DNA of 64,000 nucleotides, taken from NCBI GenBank assembly GCA_018696595.1, contig JABHQW010000003.1, forward strand, positions 247,757-311,756, read 5' to 3'. Every line of letters starts with the position of its first letter. Position 1 is the stretch's first letter. Below, piece by piece: positions 55,446 to 64,000 of this stretch. The notes beneath the pieces were generated by a model, which was not told the origin of the DNA, did no database searches, and was given only the letters and a program-made list of their open reading frames with translations. The stretch is from Candidatus Woesearchaeota archaeon. GTDB taxonomy: Archaea; Nanobdellota; Nanobdellia; Woesearchaeales; GW2011-AR9. The position numbers were made by a program, and so were the translations under genes.

Positions 55446-56741
55446 TTATTTTTTTCTTTTAATCTCTTTAATCCCGCCCATGTACGGCCAAAGCGCTTTA
55501 GGAATCTTTACTGTTCCTTTCGCTGTCTGAAAATTCTCAAGAATAGCGGCTATCGGCCTAGTATCAGTAAGAGCAGTATTATTCAACAGATGCACATACT
55601 GTTTAGTTCCATCTTTCCGCTTAACCCGAGTATTCAAAGTCACCGCCTGATAATCTAAACAATTACTGCAAGAAGTTACTTCCCGATAAGTTCCTTTCTT
55701 CCCATTCTGTCCAGGGAACCATGCTTCAATATCATTTTGTAAAGATTGTTTGTTACCAATATCACCAGTACAAATATTAACAACTCTAAATGGAAGTCCT
55801 AATTCTTTAAACAAACCTTCTGAGTTTGCTTGTAACATGTCAAAATACATTTTAGATTCTTCTGGAAGACAATAAATTATCTGTTCAACTTTATTAAATT
55901 GATGAACTCTAAATATTCCTTTATCATCTCGACCATGAGTTCCTAATTCTTTTCTAAAACAAGCACTCACCCCACAAATTTGAATTGGTAAATCTTTCTC
56001 ATTCAACAATTCATCTTTTTTTAATGCAATCAATGGATGTTCAGAAGTTGCAATCAAATACAAATCTTCTCCTTCAATTTTGTAGATGGTATCCTCAAAT
56101 TCAGATAAGTTTACACCGCCTTCTAAAGCACCCCTATTTAACATAAACGGAGTTTGAATTAAAGTATAACCTTTCTCTCGCATTTTGTCAATCGCAAATC
56201 TTTGTAAAGCTTGACTTAACAACACCGCCTCATTTTTCAAATAATAAAATCTCGCTCCAGAAACTTTTGCAGCGGTATCCAAATCAATTAAATCTAATTC
56301 TTCAGCAAGTTCAATATGATCTTTGATAGGAAAATCAAATTTAAGAATTTTTCCCCATTTACGTAATTCAACATTCTCAGAATCATCTTTACCCTTAGGA
56401 ACAGATTCATGAAGAACATTACCAATTAATTTCAAAGTATCGTTTCTTTTCTTCAATAATTTGTTAACCTTCTCCTCAGATTTCTTAAGATCTTCAACAA
56501 CAGATTTCATTTCTTTAATTTTCTTTTTTGCTTCAGATTCTTTTTTATTTTTCTTAGCTTGATTAATTTCTTGAGAAACAACATTTCTTGTATGTTTTAA
56601 CTGTTCCATTACTTTAAGTTGTTTTCTCCATTGTAAATCTGATTTAAGAACTTCATCAACTAATTTAGGATCATGGTCACGTTTCTTTTCAGATTTCCTA
56701 ACCAAGTCAGGATTTTCCCTTACAAAGTTTATATCTAACAT
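55446..56741 (-). CDS. serS: Seryl-tRNA synthetase
   Basis: MLDINFVREN, YLIATSEHP, CFRKELGTHG...FRVHQFNKVEQ, EVTSCSNC, HLLNNT. Confidence 0.97.
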   Translation of the reverse strand: MLDINFVRENPDLVRKSEKKRDHDPKLVDEVLKSDLQWRKQLKVMEQLKHTRNVVSQEINQAKKNKKESEAKKKIKEMKSVVEDLKKSEEKVNKLLKKRNDTLKLIGNVLHESVPKGKDDSENVELRKWGKILKFDFPIKDHIELAEELDLIDLDTAAKVSGARFYYLKNEAVLLSQALQRFAIDKMREKGYTLIQTPFMLNRGALEGGVNLSEFEDTIYKIEGEDLYLIATSEHPLIALKKDELLNEKDLPIQICGVSACFRKELGTHGRDDKGIFRVHQFNKVEQIIYCLPEESKMYFDMLQANSEGLFKELGLPFRVVNICTGDIGNKQSLQNDIEAWFPGQNGKKGTYREVTSCSNCLDYQAVTLNTRVKRKDGTKQYVHLLNNTALTDTRPIAAILENFQTAKGTVKIPKALWPYMGGIKEIKRKK

Positions 56742-56843
56742 TTTGAAATGAGTAATTTAATGAGCTATATAAACTTTATCTTAACATTTCTCCAAACGAA
56801 ATATATATAAATAACAAAGTAATCATTTTACTTACAAAAGAGG

Positions 56844-58529
56844 ATGAAATATAAAAGTGTTTTACTATTGATAGTTATTTCTTTAGCTCTAGCTTCTTTT
56901 ACAATTGCAGAAGAGTTTCCGGGCCTAGGTTGTATAACAGATTTAGATTGTCAAGAAGTCGAAGACATTATTGGAGAAGGCGCTTACTGTAATCCATTAA
57001 CAGAAGAATGCGCCACACCAGATGGATCAGTTGAAGAGTTGCCGTTTGAGGAAGATTCTTTATTTGAAGAACCACTAGTTTTAGAAAACAATTCAGAAAC
57101 AACCCAAACAGTTAGTTCGGGCCAATTAGAAACTGAAATAACAGTCTTACAAAAAAAAGTAGATTCTTTGGAAGGAGAGAAAGGAGATTTACAACAACAA
57201 TTAAACTCAATCAATTCTAACTTACAATCATTATCGAACCAATTAGAAGATATCAAGGAAGTTAAAACAGAATTAAATAGTATTTCTACTGGGCTAGCTA
57301 CTTTACAAGAAGAGCTGGATCAAACTACAACAGAATTAGGAACAATTGAAGAGGATATAAAGAAAAAGGAAACAAGAAATAAGACTTTAATAATTATCTT
57401 CTTTGTATTATTAGCAATCGCTGCCGCATTAGCAATGGTTTATTACATTACCAGACAAAGATCCACAAAGAAAGTAGACCCAAAAATAGTTGATTACATT
57501 ACTAAACAAATCAAAAAAGGGAAAAAGTACCCACACATTAAAAACCTACTAAAGAAAGCAGGTTGGGCCGAAGAAGAAATTAAATTAGCATATAAAAAAA
57601 CTATTAAGGACAATTATAAAAAATATTTATCAAGAACAGGAACAGTTGCAAGAGTAAAAAACACAAAGGTAACTTCTCAAAAAGATTACGATAAAAAGAA
57701 AATGTTCGCAATTATTGGAGTTAGTGTTTTATTATTAGCAGGAGTTTTATTAATTCTTAACGGCACTGTAGGGGAAGCAGTTTATTTTGAAAAATTAGTG
57801 GGAGGAGTTGAAGGAGGCACAAATGGAAAAGTAACTTATAAAGTTGAATGTACCTCGCCCCATTTATTGAACCCTACTGAAGATGGTTGTTGTTTAGACA
57901 TTAATGCTAATGAAGTTTGTGACTACATTGAAGCAAAAGAAGCAAGCCTTGAACAAACATCAGGAACTTGTCATGATAATTTACAATGTGCACCAGGAGA
58001 GTATTGCATCAATACTAAATGTACAGAATTAACTGAATTTTATAACAATCAGGAATGTGAACAAACTTGTAACTTTTACGGATTAAAAGTATCAGCAACA
58101 ACTTATATTAGAGATGAAAGTTATCTTTCTTGTGCAGAACTAAATTATGAACAGAAATCCACAGAAGAAGTAAATTTCGCCTGTAAGAATAATAAACAAT
58201 TAGTTTGTGCTGGAGAAAAAGTATTAATTGAAGAATATAATGTAAAAGCAAATCAAGGAAGTTATACCGCTGCTGGGGCATTAGAATGGAAAGTGTTACC
58301 AATGCCAGATCATTGCTTAGGAGAAGAAACAGTTGTTCCAATTAATGTATTGATGAAAGATGGCGGAAAAATTTTATCAGAATCTGCTATTGTCTTGAAA
58401 AAAGATCAAATTAGTAATATTATTTCTCATCCGAACTTAGTTTGTGTGAATGCAAATACTGGCAAAGAATCACCAAGAGTAGAATTCACACTTGCAGTAG
58501 AAGAGATTTATCAACCTATTGGTTGTTAG
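56844..58529 (+). CDS. Two-TM surface protein: Cys-rich N-terminus, coiled-coil stalk, cytoplasmic GW domain, Cys-rich C-terminus
   Basis: Signal peptide; CITDLDC; long heptads; TM; YITKQIKKG...LKKAGWAEEEI; second TM + VGEAV; CHDNLQC. Confidence 0.8.
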   Translation: MKYKSVLLLIVISLALASFTIAEEFPGLGCITDLDCQEVEDIIGEGAYCNPLTEECATPDGSVEELPFEEDSLFEEPLVLENNSETTQTVSSGQLETEITVLQKKVDSLEGEKGDLQQQLNSINSNLQSLSNQLEDIKEVKTELNSISTGLATLQEELDQTTTELGTIEEDIKKKETRNKTLIIIFFVLLAIAAALAMVYYITRQRSTKKVDPKIVDYITKQIKKGKKYPHIKNLLKKAGWAEEEIKLAYKKTIKDNYKKYLSRTGTVARVKNTKVTSQKDYDKKKMFAIIGVSVLLLAGVLLILNGTVGEAVYFEKLVGGVEGGTNGKVTYKVECTSPHLLNPTEDGCCLDINANEVCDYIEAKEASLEQTSGTCHDNLQCAPGEYCINTKCTELTEFYNNQECEQTCNFYGLKVSATTYIRDESYLSCAELNYEQKSTEEVNFACKNNKQLVCAGEKVLIEEYNVKANQGSYTAAGALEWKVLPMPDHCLGEETVVPINVLMKDGGKILSESAIVLKKDQISNIISHPNLVCVNANTGKESPRVEFTLAVEEIYQPIGC

Positions 58530-58564
58530 TAAAACTTATATATTTCTACTTAATCACTATAAAT

Positions 58565-59053
58565 ATGGCTTACATCAGAACAAAAAAGATTGGTAAGAAT
58601 AAATACGCTTACCTAGTTGAAATTGTTTCTACAGATAAAGGCCCAAGACAAAAAGTCAAACAATACTTGGGAAGAATCCATGAACTTAAAAAAAATAATG
58701 AAATAAGTGAGATTAGAGAAGGGAATTCTAAAGAGAGTATTTTATTAAACCTCATTATTCCGGAATTAAAATCAAGAGGATTTAAAGATAAAAAAAATAA
58801 TTTGGTTTACAAGAATTTCATTTTCAATTCCGAAAAAATTACCTTAACTAAAAAAAGTAAAAACAAAACAAATAAAGAAGCAGTGATCAGTTCAGAAGAA
58901 GGTTACTTATCAACATTCACTTTTCAAAGAATTCTTAACTTTCAAAAAACTAAAAATCTAAACCAAGACGCACATCAATTAGCAAAATATTTCTTAGAAG
59001 CAGGATTACAAATAAATCAAGAATTGTTTGTTAAATTTTATCAGAAGTTGTAA
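58565..59053 (+). CDS. Hypothetical basic protein (N-terminus YIR.K...YAYLVE...GPRQKVKQYLG)
   Basis: ATG at 58565 with a TATA about 30 bp upstream. The N-terminus resembles IS1634-type N-termini, but there is no DDE domain. Confidence 0.65.
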   Translation: MAYIRTKKIGKNKYAYLVEIVSTDKGPRQKVKQYLGRIHELKKNNEISEIREGNSKESILLNLIIPELKSRGFKDKKNNLVYKNFIFNSEKITLTKKSKNKTNKEAVISSEEGYLSTFTFQRILNFQKTKNLNQDAHQLAKYFLEAGLQINQELFVKFYQKL

Positions 59054-59054
59054 A

Positions 59055-59375
59055 TTATCTTCTTCTAATAGGTTTCTTCATTGACTTCCGATCAATTTTT
59101 TTCGGAACAGCTAAAATTTTCTGATACTTCTCTTTCATCTCTGCCAGAATACCAAACTTTCTTTTCAAATCTTCCATATCGTAACAATTAACAATCATTG
59201 CATTTATTTCCACATCAATCTTTTCTCCAGAAGGGATAACTTTAGCTTTAGACAAATCTTCTTTCCTAAATAATGCTAAAACTTCTTCCAAATGTTCTTT
59301 ATCTGGTAAAGTCCAAGTTTCGTTACAAACATGCAACTGATGTTTCTTTTGATATGTTTTGAATAAGATTCCCAT
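59055..59375 (-). CDS. Hypothetical protein
   Basis: 106-aa ORF with a TATA about 30 bp upstream. Confidence 0.6.
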   Translation of the reverse strand: MGILFKTYQKKHQLHVCNETWTLPDKEHLEEVLALFRKEDLSKAKVIPSGEKIDVEINAMIVNCYDMEDLKRKFGILAEMKEKYQKILAVPKKIDRKSMKKPIRRR

Positions 59376-59490
59376 TTTAAGTTTAATTTGTGGTTTCTGC
59401 TTTTAAATGTATTGGTTAAATCTAAAAACAATCAAAGTATACGGTTAAATAATTAAGTTTATATACTTTTCTTATTTATCACAAATAACT

Positions 59491-62073
59491 ATGAAAAAGA
59501 GGAACATCCTACTAATTATGTTTTTACTAATTTTAACCATTTTTCTTGTTGGTTGTACAAAAGAATTATCTCCAGAAGAAGAGATTATCGTTGATGAAGA
59601 AGGTCTAAATCCAGAAGAAACCAAAAACTTTGTTGGAGAAGCTAGCAGAACTGCCCGTTCAAAGTTCACCTGGATTCATTGCGATGACCAAGGCAATCAA
59701 ATTATTGCTGGTTATGCTTACAAAGGAAAGAAAAATAAAAGAATTTTTAAGAATGGTTGTATACAAAACCAAGTCCAAGATTATTACTGTGACCATAACG
59801 AGTTAAAATCAAAAAAAATCCCTTGTGATTATGGATGTAAAAACGGAGCTTGTGTTACTGCCAAACCCATAAAAAAAGGAGAACCCAATTGGATTGAAGT
59901 TAATGAAGAAGTAAGTGCTTTAGATTTACCATTCTATATTACTGGAGTAGGAGAAGAAAGTTGTCTTTTGGAAACCAATAATGAAGAATATGACATTAAA
60001 AATAAGGGATGCCAAAAAATTGATAATTTGTTTTTTAAAGTCAATGATATTTCCAAAACTGAACAAAAATGTTTAATTACATTTTACGATCAAACTATCC
60101 CGTTCTGTTGTGATACAGATGGAAATGACTATTTTAATCTTGGAAAAATTTACACTGATGCTTACGCCAACGGGAAAAAAGATCATTGTCAAACTGTAGC
60201 CAGTGGGAAAAATTATCTGATGGAAATGCGTTGTAAAGACAATAAATATTACTATGATCAAAAAGAATGTCTTAAGTTGGGTGAAGACTATGTATGCGAG
60301 GATGGCACTTGTATAGTCCAAGATAAAACCATTGTTATTTTAATAGATCAAAAAATAGCTGATTTAGATTTAACCCAGTTCTATTCAGATATTAAAAATG
60401 AAGGATACAAGGTAATAATTGAAGATAAAACGTGGAATACACCTGAAGAAGTAAGGAATTACTTGAAGAATGTGTATGACTCCGTTACTCCACAATTAGT
60501 GGGGACCATCCTAATTGGGGAAATCCCCTACCCTCATTATGCAGTAGATAAAGAAGTCATTTCTTTTTGGTTTTACCAAGATCTTGATGGAATATTCTTA
60601 AAAGAGAACCCTAAATTCCCAAATGCTTATAGTGTACATGAAGGCAACACAAACAGTGAAATATGGGTAGGGATATTACCATTTTATAAAACCACGAAAG
60701 AAACAAAAAAGAAACTCAAAAATTATTTTAATAAAAATCACCAGTATAGGACTGGAAAACAACAATATGGAAAAGGTTATATTGAAATAAATGAACATGT
60801 TGAAGAAGTTAAAACTTTAGAAAAATACGAAGAAACCATCGGTTATGGATATTCTGGCCCATATTCACCAATCATTTCTTCTTTAAATTATTGGGACAAA
60901 ATAAATTTCTTTTTTGACAATTCAATTATTGGTAAAGCCCCAAAATCAGAAGGTTATGCTCGCCTTAGCAAAAAGGATTATTTGATATGGGATATGTCTA
61001 GCCATGGCGATGCAAAGAGTTTTGGAGAGATATCTAAATACTGGTTGATTTACAATAAGATTAATGTTCCTTTTGCTTTTATTGGAGGTTGCGAAAGTGG
61101 AAAATTAGATTATACAGAACCACCAATTCTTGAAGAATTGATTTACCATGACAATAGTCAGGTTTTAGTTACCCAAGGCACAACTACTTTTTCAGGAGGC
61201 ATGGGAACTAGCATCAAAGGATTTTATATAGACACGATATTAAAAGGCTTAACTCAAGGCCAATCATTTGGAGAAGCAATTATTACCCATATCAACGCAC
61301 CATTAAAATATCCTTGGTCAGAAAATGAATTCACACATCATGGCATCATAGTTTTAATGGGAGATCCAACATTAGAGTTTGCCATTCAAGATCCAAGCCC
61401 GATAGAAGAGATCAAACCAGACTTATGGACAAAATCAATAATTATAAAAGAAGGAGGGATTGAGATTACTTATTGTAATGGGGGCAATTTAGTTGCTAAG
61501 AACTATAAGAATAAGTATACGCTTCAGTCTGAAGGAAAAGTAATAGATACATTTATTCTAGAGGTTCTAAGTTTAACACCAGGAGAATGTGAAATCATTG
61601 AGAAAACAGCAGCATACTTTCAGGAATTTAATTTAGGAGAAGAAATCTTAATCACTTTTATTACTGACTCAGAAAAATCAGTGAATGAATTAAATGAAAA
61701 AAATAATTATTTAACTAGACCATTTAATTATCCTCTAGGAATTAAGCCGGACTTAACAGTAAAATCAATAATTAAGAAACAAGGTGGAATTGATATTACT
61801 TATTGTAATATTGGCAATTTAATTGCCAAGAATCATAAAAATAAGTATACACTACTTTCTGAAGGAAAAGTAATAGATACATTTACAATAGATATTGTTA
61901 ATTTAGCAGCAGGAGAATGTGAAATCATTGAAAAAACAGCGGCATACTTCCAGAAGTTTGATTTAGGAGAAAAAATCTTAATCACATTTATTACTGATCT
62001 AAAAAAATCAGTAGGTGAATTAAATGAAAACAATAATGCTTTAACTAAACAATTTAATTATCCTTTAGGATAA
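59491..62073 (+). CDS. Secreted gingipain-like (peptidase C25) lipoprotein with two C-terminal CARDB-like repeats
   Basis: FLVGC lipobox; Cys-rich modules; LVGTILIGEIP, YQDLDG, EIWVGILP; SHG (His) and GCESG (Cys) dyad; LMGDPTL. Confidence 0.75.
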   Translation: MKKRNILLIMFLLILTIFLVGCTKELSPEEEIIVDEEGLNPEETKNFVGEASRTARSKFTWIHCDDQGNQIIAGYAYKGKKNKRIFKNGCIQNQVQDYYCDHNELKSKKIPCDYGCKNGACVTAKPIKKGEPNWIEVNEEVSALDLPFYITGVGEESCLLETNNEEYDIKNKGCQKIDNLFFKVNDISKTEQKCLITFYDQTIPFCCDTDGNDYFNLGKIYTDAYANGKKDHCQTVASGKNYLMEMRCKDNKYYYDQKECLKLGEDYVCEDGTCIVQDKTIVILIDQKIADLDLTQFYSDIKNEGYKVIIEDKTWNTPEEVRNYLKNVYDSVTPQLVGTILIGEIPYPHYAVDKEVISFWFYQDLDGIFLKENPKFPNAYSVHEGNTNSEIWVGILPFYKTTKETKKKLKNYFNKNHQYRTGKQQYGKGYIEINEHVEEVKTLEKYEETIGYGYSGPYSPIISSLNYWDKINFFFDNSIIGKAPKSEGYARLSKKDYLIWDMSSHGDAKSFGEISKYWLIYNKINVPFAFIGGCESGKLDYTEPPILEELIYHDNSQVLVTQGTTTFSGGMGTSIKGFYIDTILKGLTQGQSFGEAIITHINAPLKYPWSENEFTHHGIIVLMGDPTLEFAIQDPSPIEEIKPDLWTKSIIIKEGGIEITYCNGGNLVAKNYKNKYTLQSEGKVIDTFILEVLSLTPGECEIIEKTAAYFQEFNLGEEILITFITDSEKSVNELNEKNNYLTRPFNYPLGIKPDLTVKSIIKKQGGIDITYCNIGNLIAKNHKNKYTLLSEGKVIDTFTIDIVNLAAGECEIIEKTAAYFQKFDLGEKILITFITDLKKSVGELNENNNALTKQFNYPLG
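61411..62070 (+). repeat. 330-bp intragenic tandem duplication (2 x 110 aa, CARDB-like)
   Basis: IKPDL..KSII...GGI.ITYCN.GNL.AKN.KNKYTL.SEGKVIDTF...PLG occurs twice, starting at 61411 and 61741. Confidence 0.9.
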
Positions 62074-62107
62074 GAGATCAACTAAAAAATAAATGAGAGT
62101 TCTAATA

Positions 62108-63793
62108 TTATAAGAAATCTTTAACCATATAAACGCCTTCTAGTTCATATCCCAACTTCTGATAATATCCCCTTACACCAATTCCAGAAATAATTACAAC
62201 TTTATTCTTGCTATGCTCTTTAGCAATCTTTTCCGCTTCTAATAATAACTTCTTACCCCAACCCCGGTGTTGCACAGATCCTTCTGAACCAAGAGAAGTA
62301 GCTGTTCCGTAAATATGTAATTCACGAACAATAGCAGAGTCAAAAGTAATTTCTTCTCGCAGACTTTCAGCAGGAAATCTCATCCGTAAAAAACCAACCA
62401 GAAAATCGTTTTTAGTATCCTCTACAGATATAAAAAACTCTTTCCCCTTCGAAGCATTATATTCATTTACTTTTATCCCTACAGAACCCCAATCAACCTC
62501 TTGACCTTTAGGTTCTCTACATCGGATACATCTGCACTTAACATCATAATTCTGATGAATGTATTGTCTAAGATTTGTCATCTCGACACCAGCAGCAATT
62601 TGATAAGTAGGAATATCTCTTTGTACTCGCATTACTCGACAATATTCTGGAATTGATTTCTTAAATTCTGCAATTAGAGAAGCAGCTTCTTTTGCGTCAA
62701 GAGGTTTATAGTTTCCTTTCTCCCATTCATCATATAACTTAGTTCCTTTAGTAACCATACATGGATAAAGTTTGATCATGTCTGGACAATAATCAGAATC
62801 TGTAAACAATTGTTTCATTCCAGCTAAATCTTTCTCTCTGTCTGTTCCGGGCAAACCAGGCATATAATGGCCAGCAACTTTAAATCCTAAATCTTTCAAT
62901 GTTCGAATAGAATCTTTTGTTTGCTGAGTTGTATGTCCTCTTTTCATTTTCTCTAAAACATCATCGTAAACAGATTGAATTCCTAATTCTACACGAGTAC
63001 AACCTAAACGTAACATTTGATTGCCTTCTTTTAACATTCCGTAATCTGGACGAGTTTCAATACAAAGAGCAACACATCTAAGATGAGCAGTTTCATTCTT
63101 CTTTTGTTCAGTTTCTAAAGAAGTATCTTTTTTCAAAGATAATATTTTCTCATGTAATCTAGCTGCCCTTTCTTGATTACCAAAATCTTCTGTAGGTAAT
63201 TCAAAAAACTCTTTAAAACACAAGAAATCAAATCCACCATCAACAAAAAACTTTTCTGAAAAATCGTTCATTGCCTGAAATGCTTCTTTAACAAACTCTT
63301 CTTGATAATCTTCAGGAAAACTTGGAAATGTACCACCCATTAAAATCAATTCAACTTTCTCACAATTATGTCCTAATAAAATGTATTGTTGTAATCTGTT
63401 GAAAACTTGTAAATAAGCACTATACTTGTTTCTAATACCCCTCATTGTAGCTGGTTCTTTCCCAGTATAACTTTGAGGAACATCACCAAACTCGCTCTTA
63501 GGGCCGCCAGGACACATAATACAGGGTCCCACTGTTTGTGCATGCGGACATGGAAATGGCTTTGTCATGATTGCCACAGGTGCAACACCAGACATGGTTC
63601 TTGTTGGTTTTGTAAGTAACTTCTTTTTCAAAAAATTCAAATCCTCAACACTACAATTCAATAAAATTTGAATATTTGTAGGGATATGTTTTAGTTTATA
63701 CTTCTGTGATAAATCTCTTTTCAGCTTAGCTAACTGTCTAGCTGAATACTCTTTTTGCTTCAATTCCGAGATGATTTCTTGATGAAAGTCCAT
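62108..63793 (-). CDS. elp3: tRNA uridine(34) acetyltransferase Elp3 (radical SAM + KAT)
   Basis: RTMSGVAPVAIMTKP.CPH...CIMCPGG, MGGTFP, ETRPDY, RVELGIQS, RVQRDIP, VRELHIYG, QHRGWG. Confidence 0.96.
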   Translation of the reverse strand: MDFHQEIISELKQKEYSARQLAKLKRDLSQKYKLKHIPTNIQILLNCSVEDLNFLKKKLLTKPTRTMSGVAPVAIMTKPFPCPHAQTVGPCIMCPGGPKSEFGDVPQSYTGKEPATMRGIRNKYSAYLQVFNRLQQYILLGHNCEKVELILMGGTFPSFPEDYQEEFVKEAFQAMNDFSEKFFVDGGFDFLCFKEFFELPTEDFGNQERAARLHEKILSLKKDTSLETEQKKNETAHLRCVALCIETRPDYGMLKEGNQMLRLGCTRVELGIQSVYDDVLEKMKRGHTTQQTKDSIRTLKDLGFKVAGHYMPGLPGTDREKDLAGMKQLFTDSDYCPDMIKLYPCMVTKGTKLYDEWEKGNYKPLDAKEAASLIAEFKKSIPEYCRVMRVQRDIPTYQIAAGVEMTNLRQYIHQNYDVKCRCIRCREPKGQEVDWGSVGIKVNEYNASKGKEFFISVEDTKNDFLVGFLRMRFPAESLREEITFDSAIVRELHIYGTATSLGSEGSVQHRGWGKKLLLEAEKIAKEHSKNKVVIISGIGVRGYYQKLGYELEGVYMVKDFL

Positions 63794-63857
63794 ACTTTAA
63801 TCATTATTTTCGAGTATAGATATAAAGATTACTAAGAAAAAGAAAGAAAGAAAAAAA

Positions 63858-64000
63858 TTATTTCAAATCAACAACATAAGATGGCCCTTTCTTCCCATCT
63901 TTACCAAGCCAAGCAACTTCTACTTGATCTTCTGCTAAAGACTCCAAACTAACATCAGGAAATTTATCAATCAGATCTTTCCTATCTCTATGAAAATAAC
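63858..64000 (-). CDS. C-terminal fragment of a paralog of 49149-49589 (5' truncated)
   Basis: ...DVSLESLAEDQVEVAWLGKDGKKGPSYVVDLK* aligns with ...VSLEALADDKVEVAWANKDGKKGPTYTIKLE. Confidence 0.75.
   Translation of the reverse strand, partial: YFHRDRKDLIDKFPDVSLESLAEDQVEVAWLGKDGKKGPSYVVDLK

Noticed and set aside
58565-59053. IS1634-like transposase
   Set aside because: Only the N-terminal motif is similar; no DDE domain, terminal inverted repeats or target duplication.
3443-62033. Many short antisense/overlapping ORFs in the track (e.g. 3443, 4429, 7826, 20269, 26322, 38126, 41531, 55048)
   Set aside because: They lie inside well-supported genes on the other strand or frame and have shadow-ORF composition with no motifs.
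62108-63793. Elp3 Cx8Cx2C spacing and IscS SK instead of HK at the PLP lysine as signs of inactivity
   Set aside because: All cluster Cys, the PLP Lys and the catalytic Cys are retained; these are minor variants.
1-64000. CRISPR array, cas genes, rRNA
   Set aside because: No regularly spaced repeats, cas motifs or rRNA-like sequence seen.

Overview
This is a low-GC archaeal chromosome segment, most consistent with a DPANN (Woesearchaeota/Nanobdellota-like) genome. The archaeal markers are GatE, eS6, TFS, Cdc6, archaeal TPI, Elp3, NurA, class III-signal pilins with a prepilin peptidase, and three tRNAs with bulge-helix-bulge (BHB) introns. The other housekeeping genes are ATP-dependent ligase, FtsZ, SerRS, PyrH, IscS/IscU and SlyD. 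Orphan accessory genes sit between them, most with a TATA box about 30 bp before the start codon (leaderless mRNAs). The most striking accessory locus (16.5-20.5 kb) encodes an HExxH peptidase, a membrane-anchored NlpC/P60/CHAP-like Cys-His hydrolase and a membrane-anchored lytic transglycosylase. That is a peptidoglycan-degrading set in an organism with no peptidoglycan, suggesting it attacks bacteria. Further candidates are: (1) a shared N-terminal LExx[LIV] motif on nine accessory proteins; (2) a two-copy covarying RNA hairpin; (3) two unidentified stand-alone ncRNAs; (4) a triple-intron tRNA-Pro, with 59/60 introns in all three tRNAs; (5) a radical SAM + GNAT pair beside an unannotated Gly/Ser/Tyr/Cys-rich peptide; (6) a pyrH translational switch; (7) a 1000-bp cassette flanked by 16-bp direct repeats. 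All family calls are by-eye motif recognition; no searches or folding programs were run.
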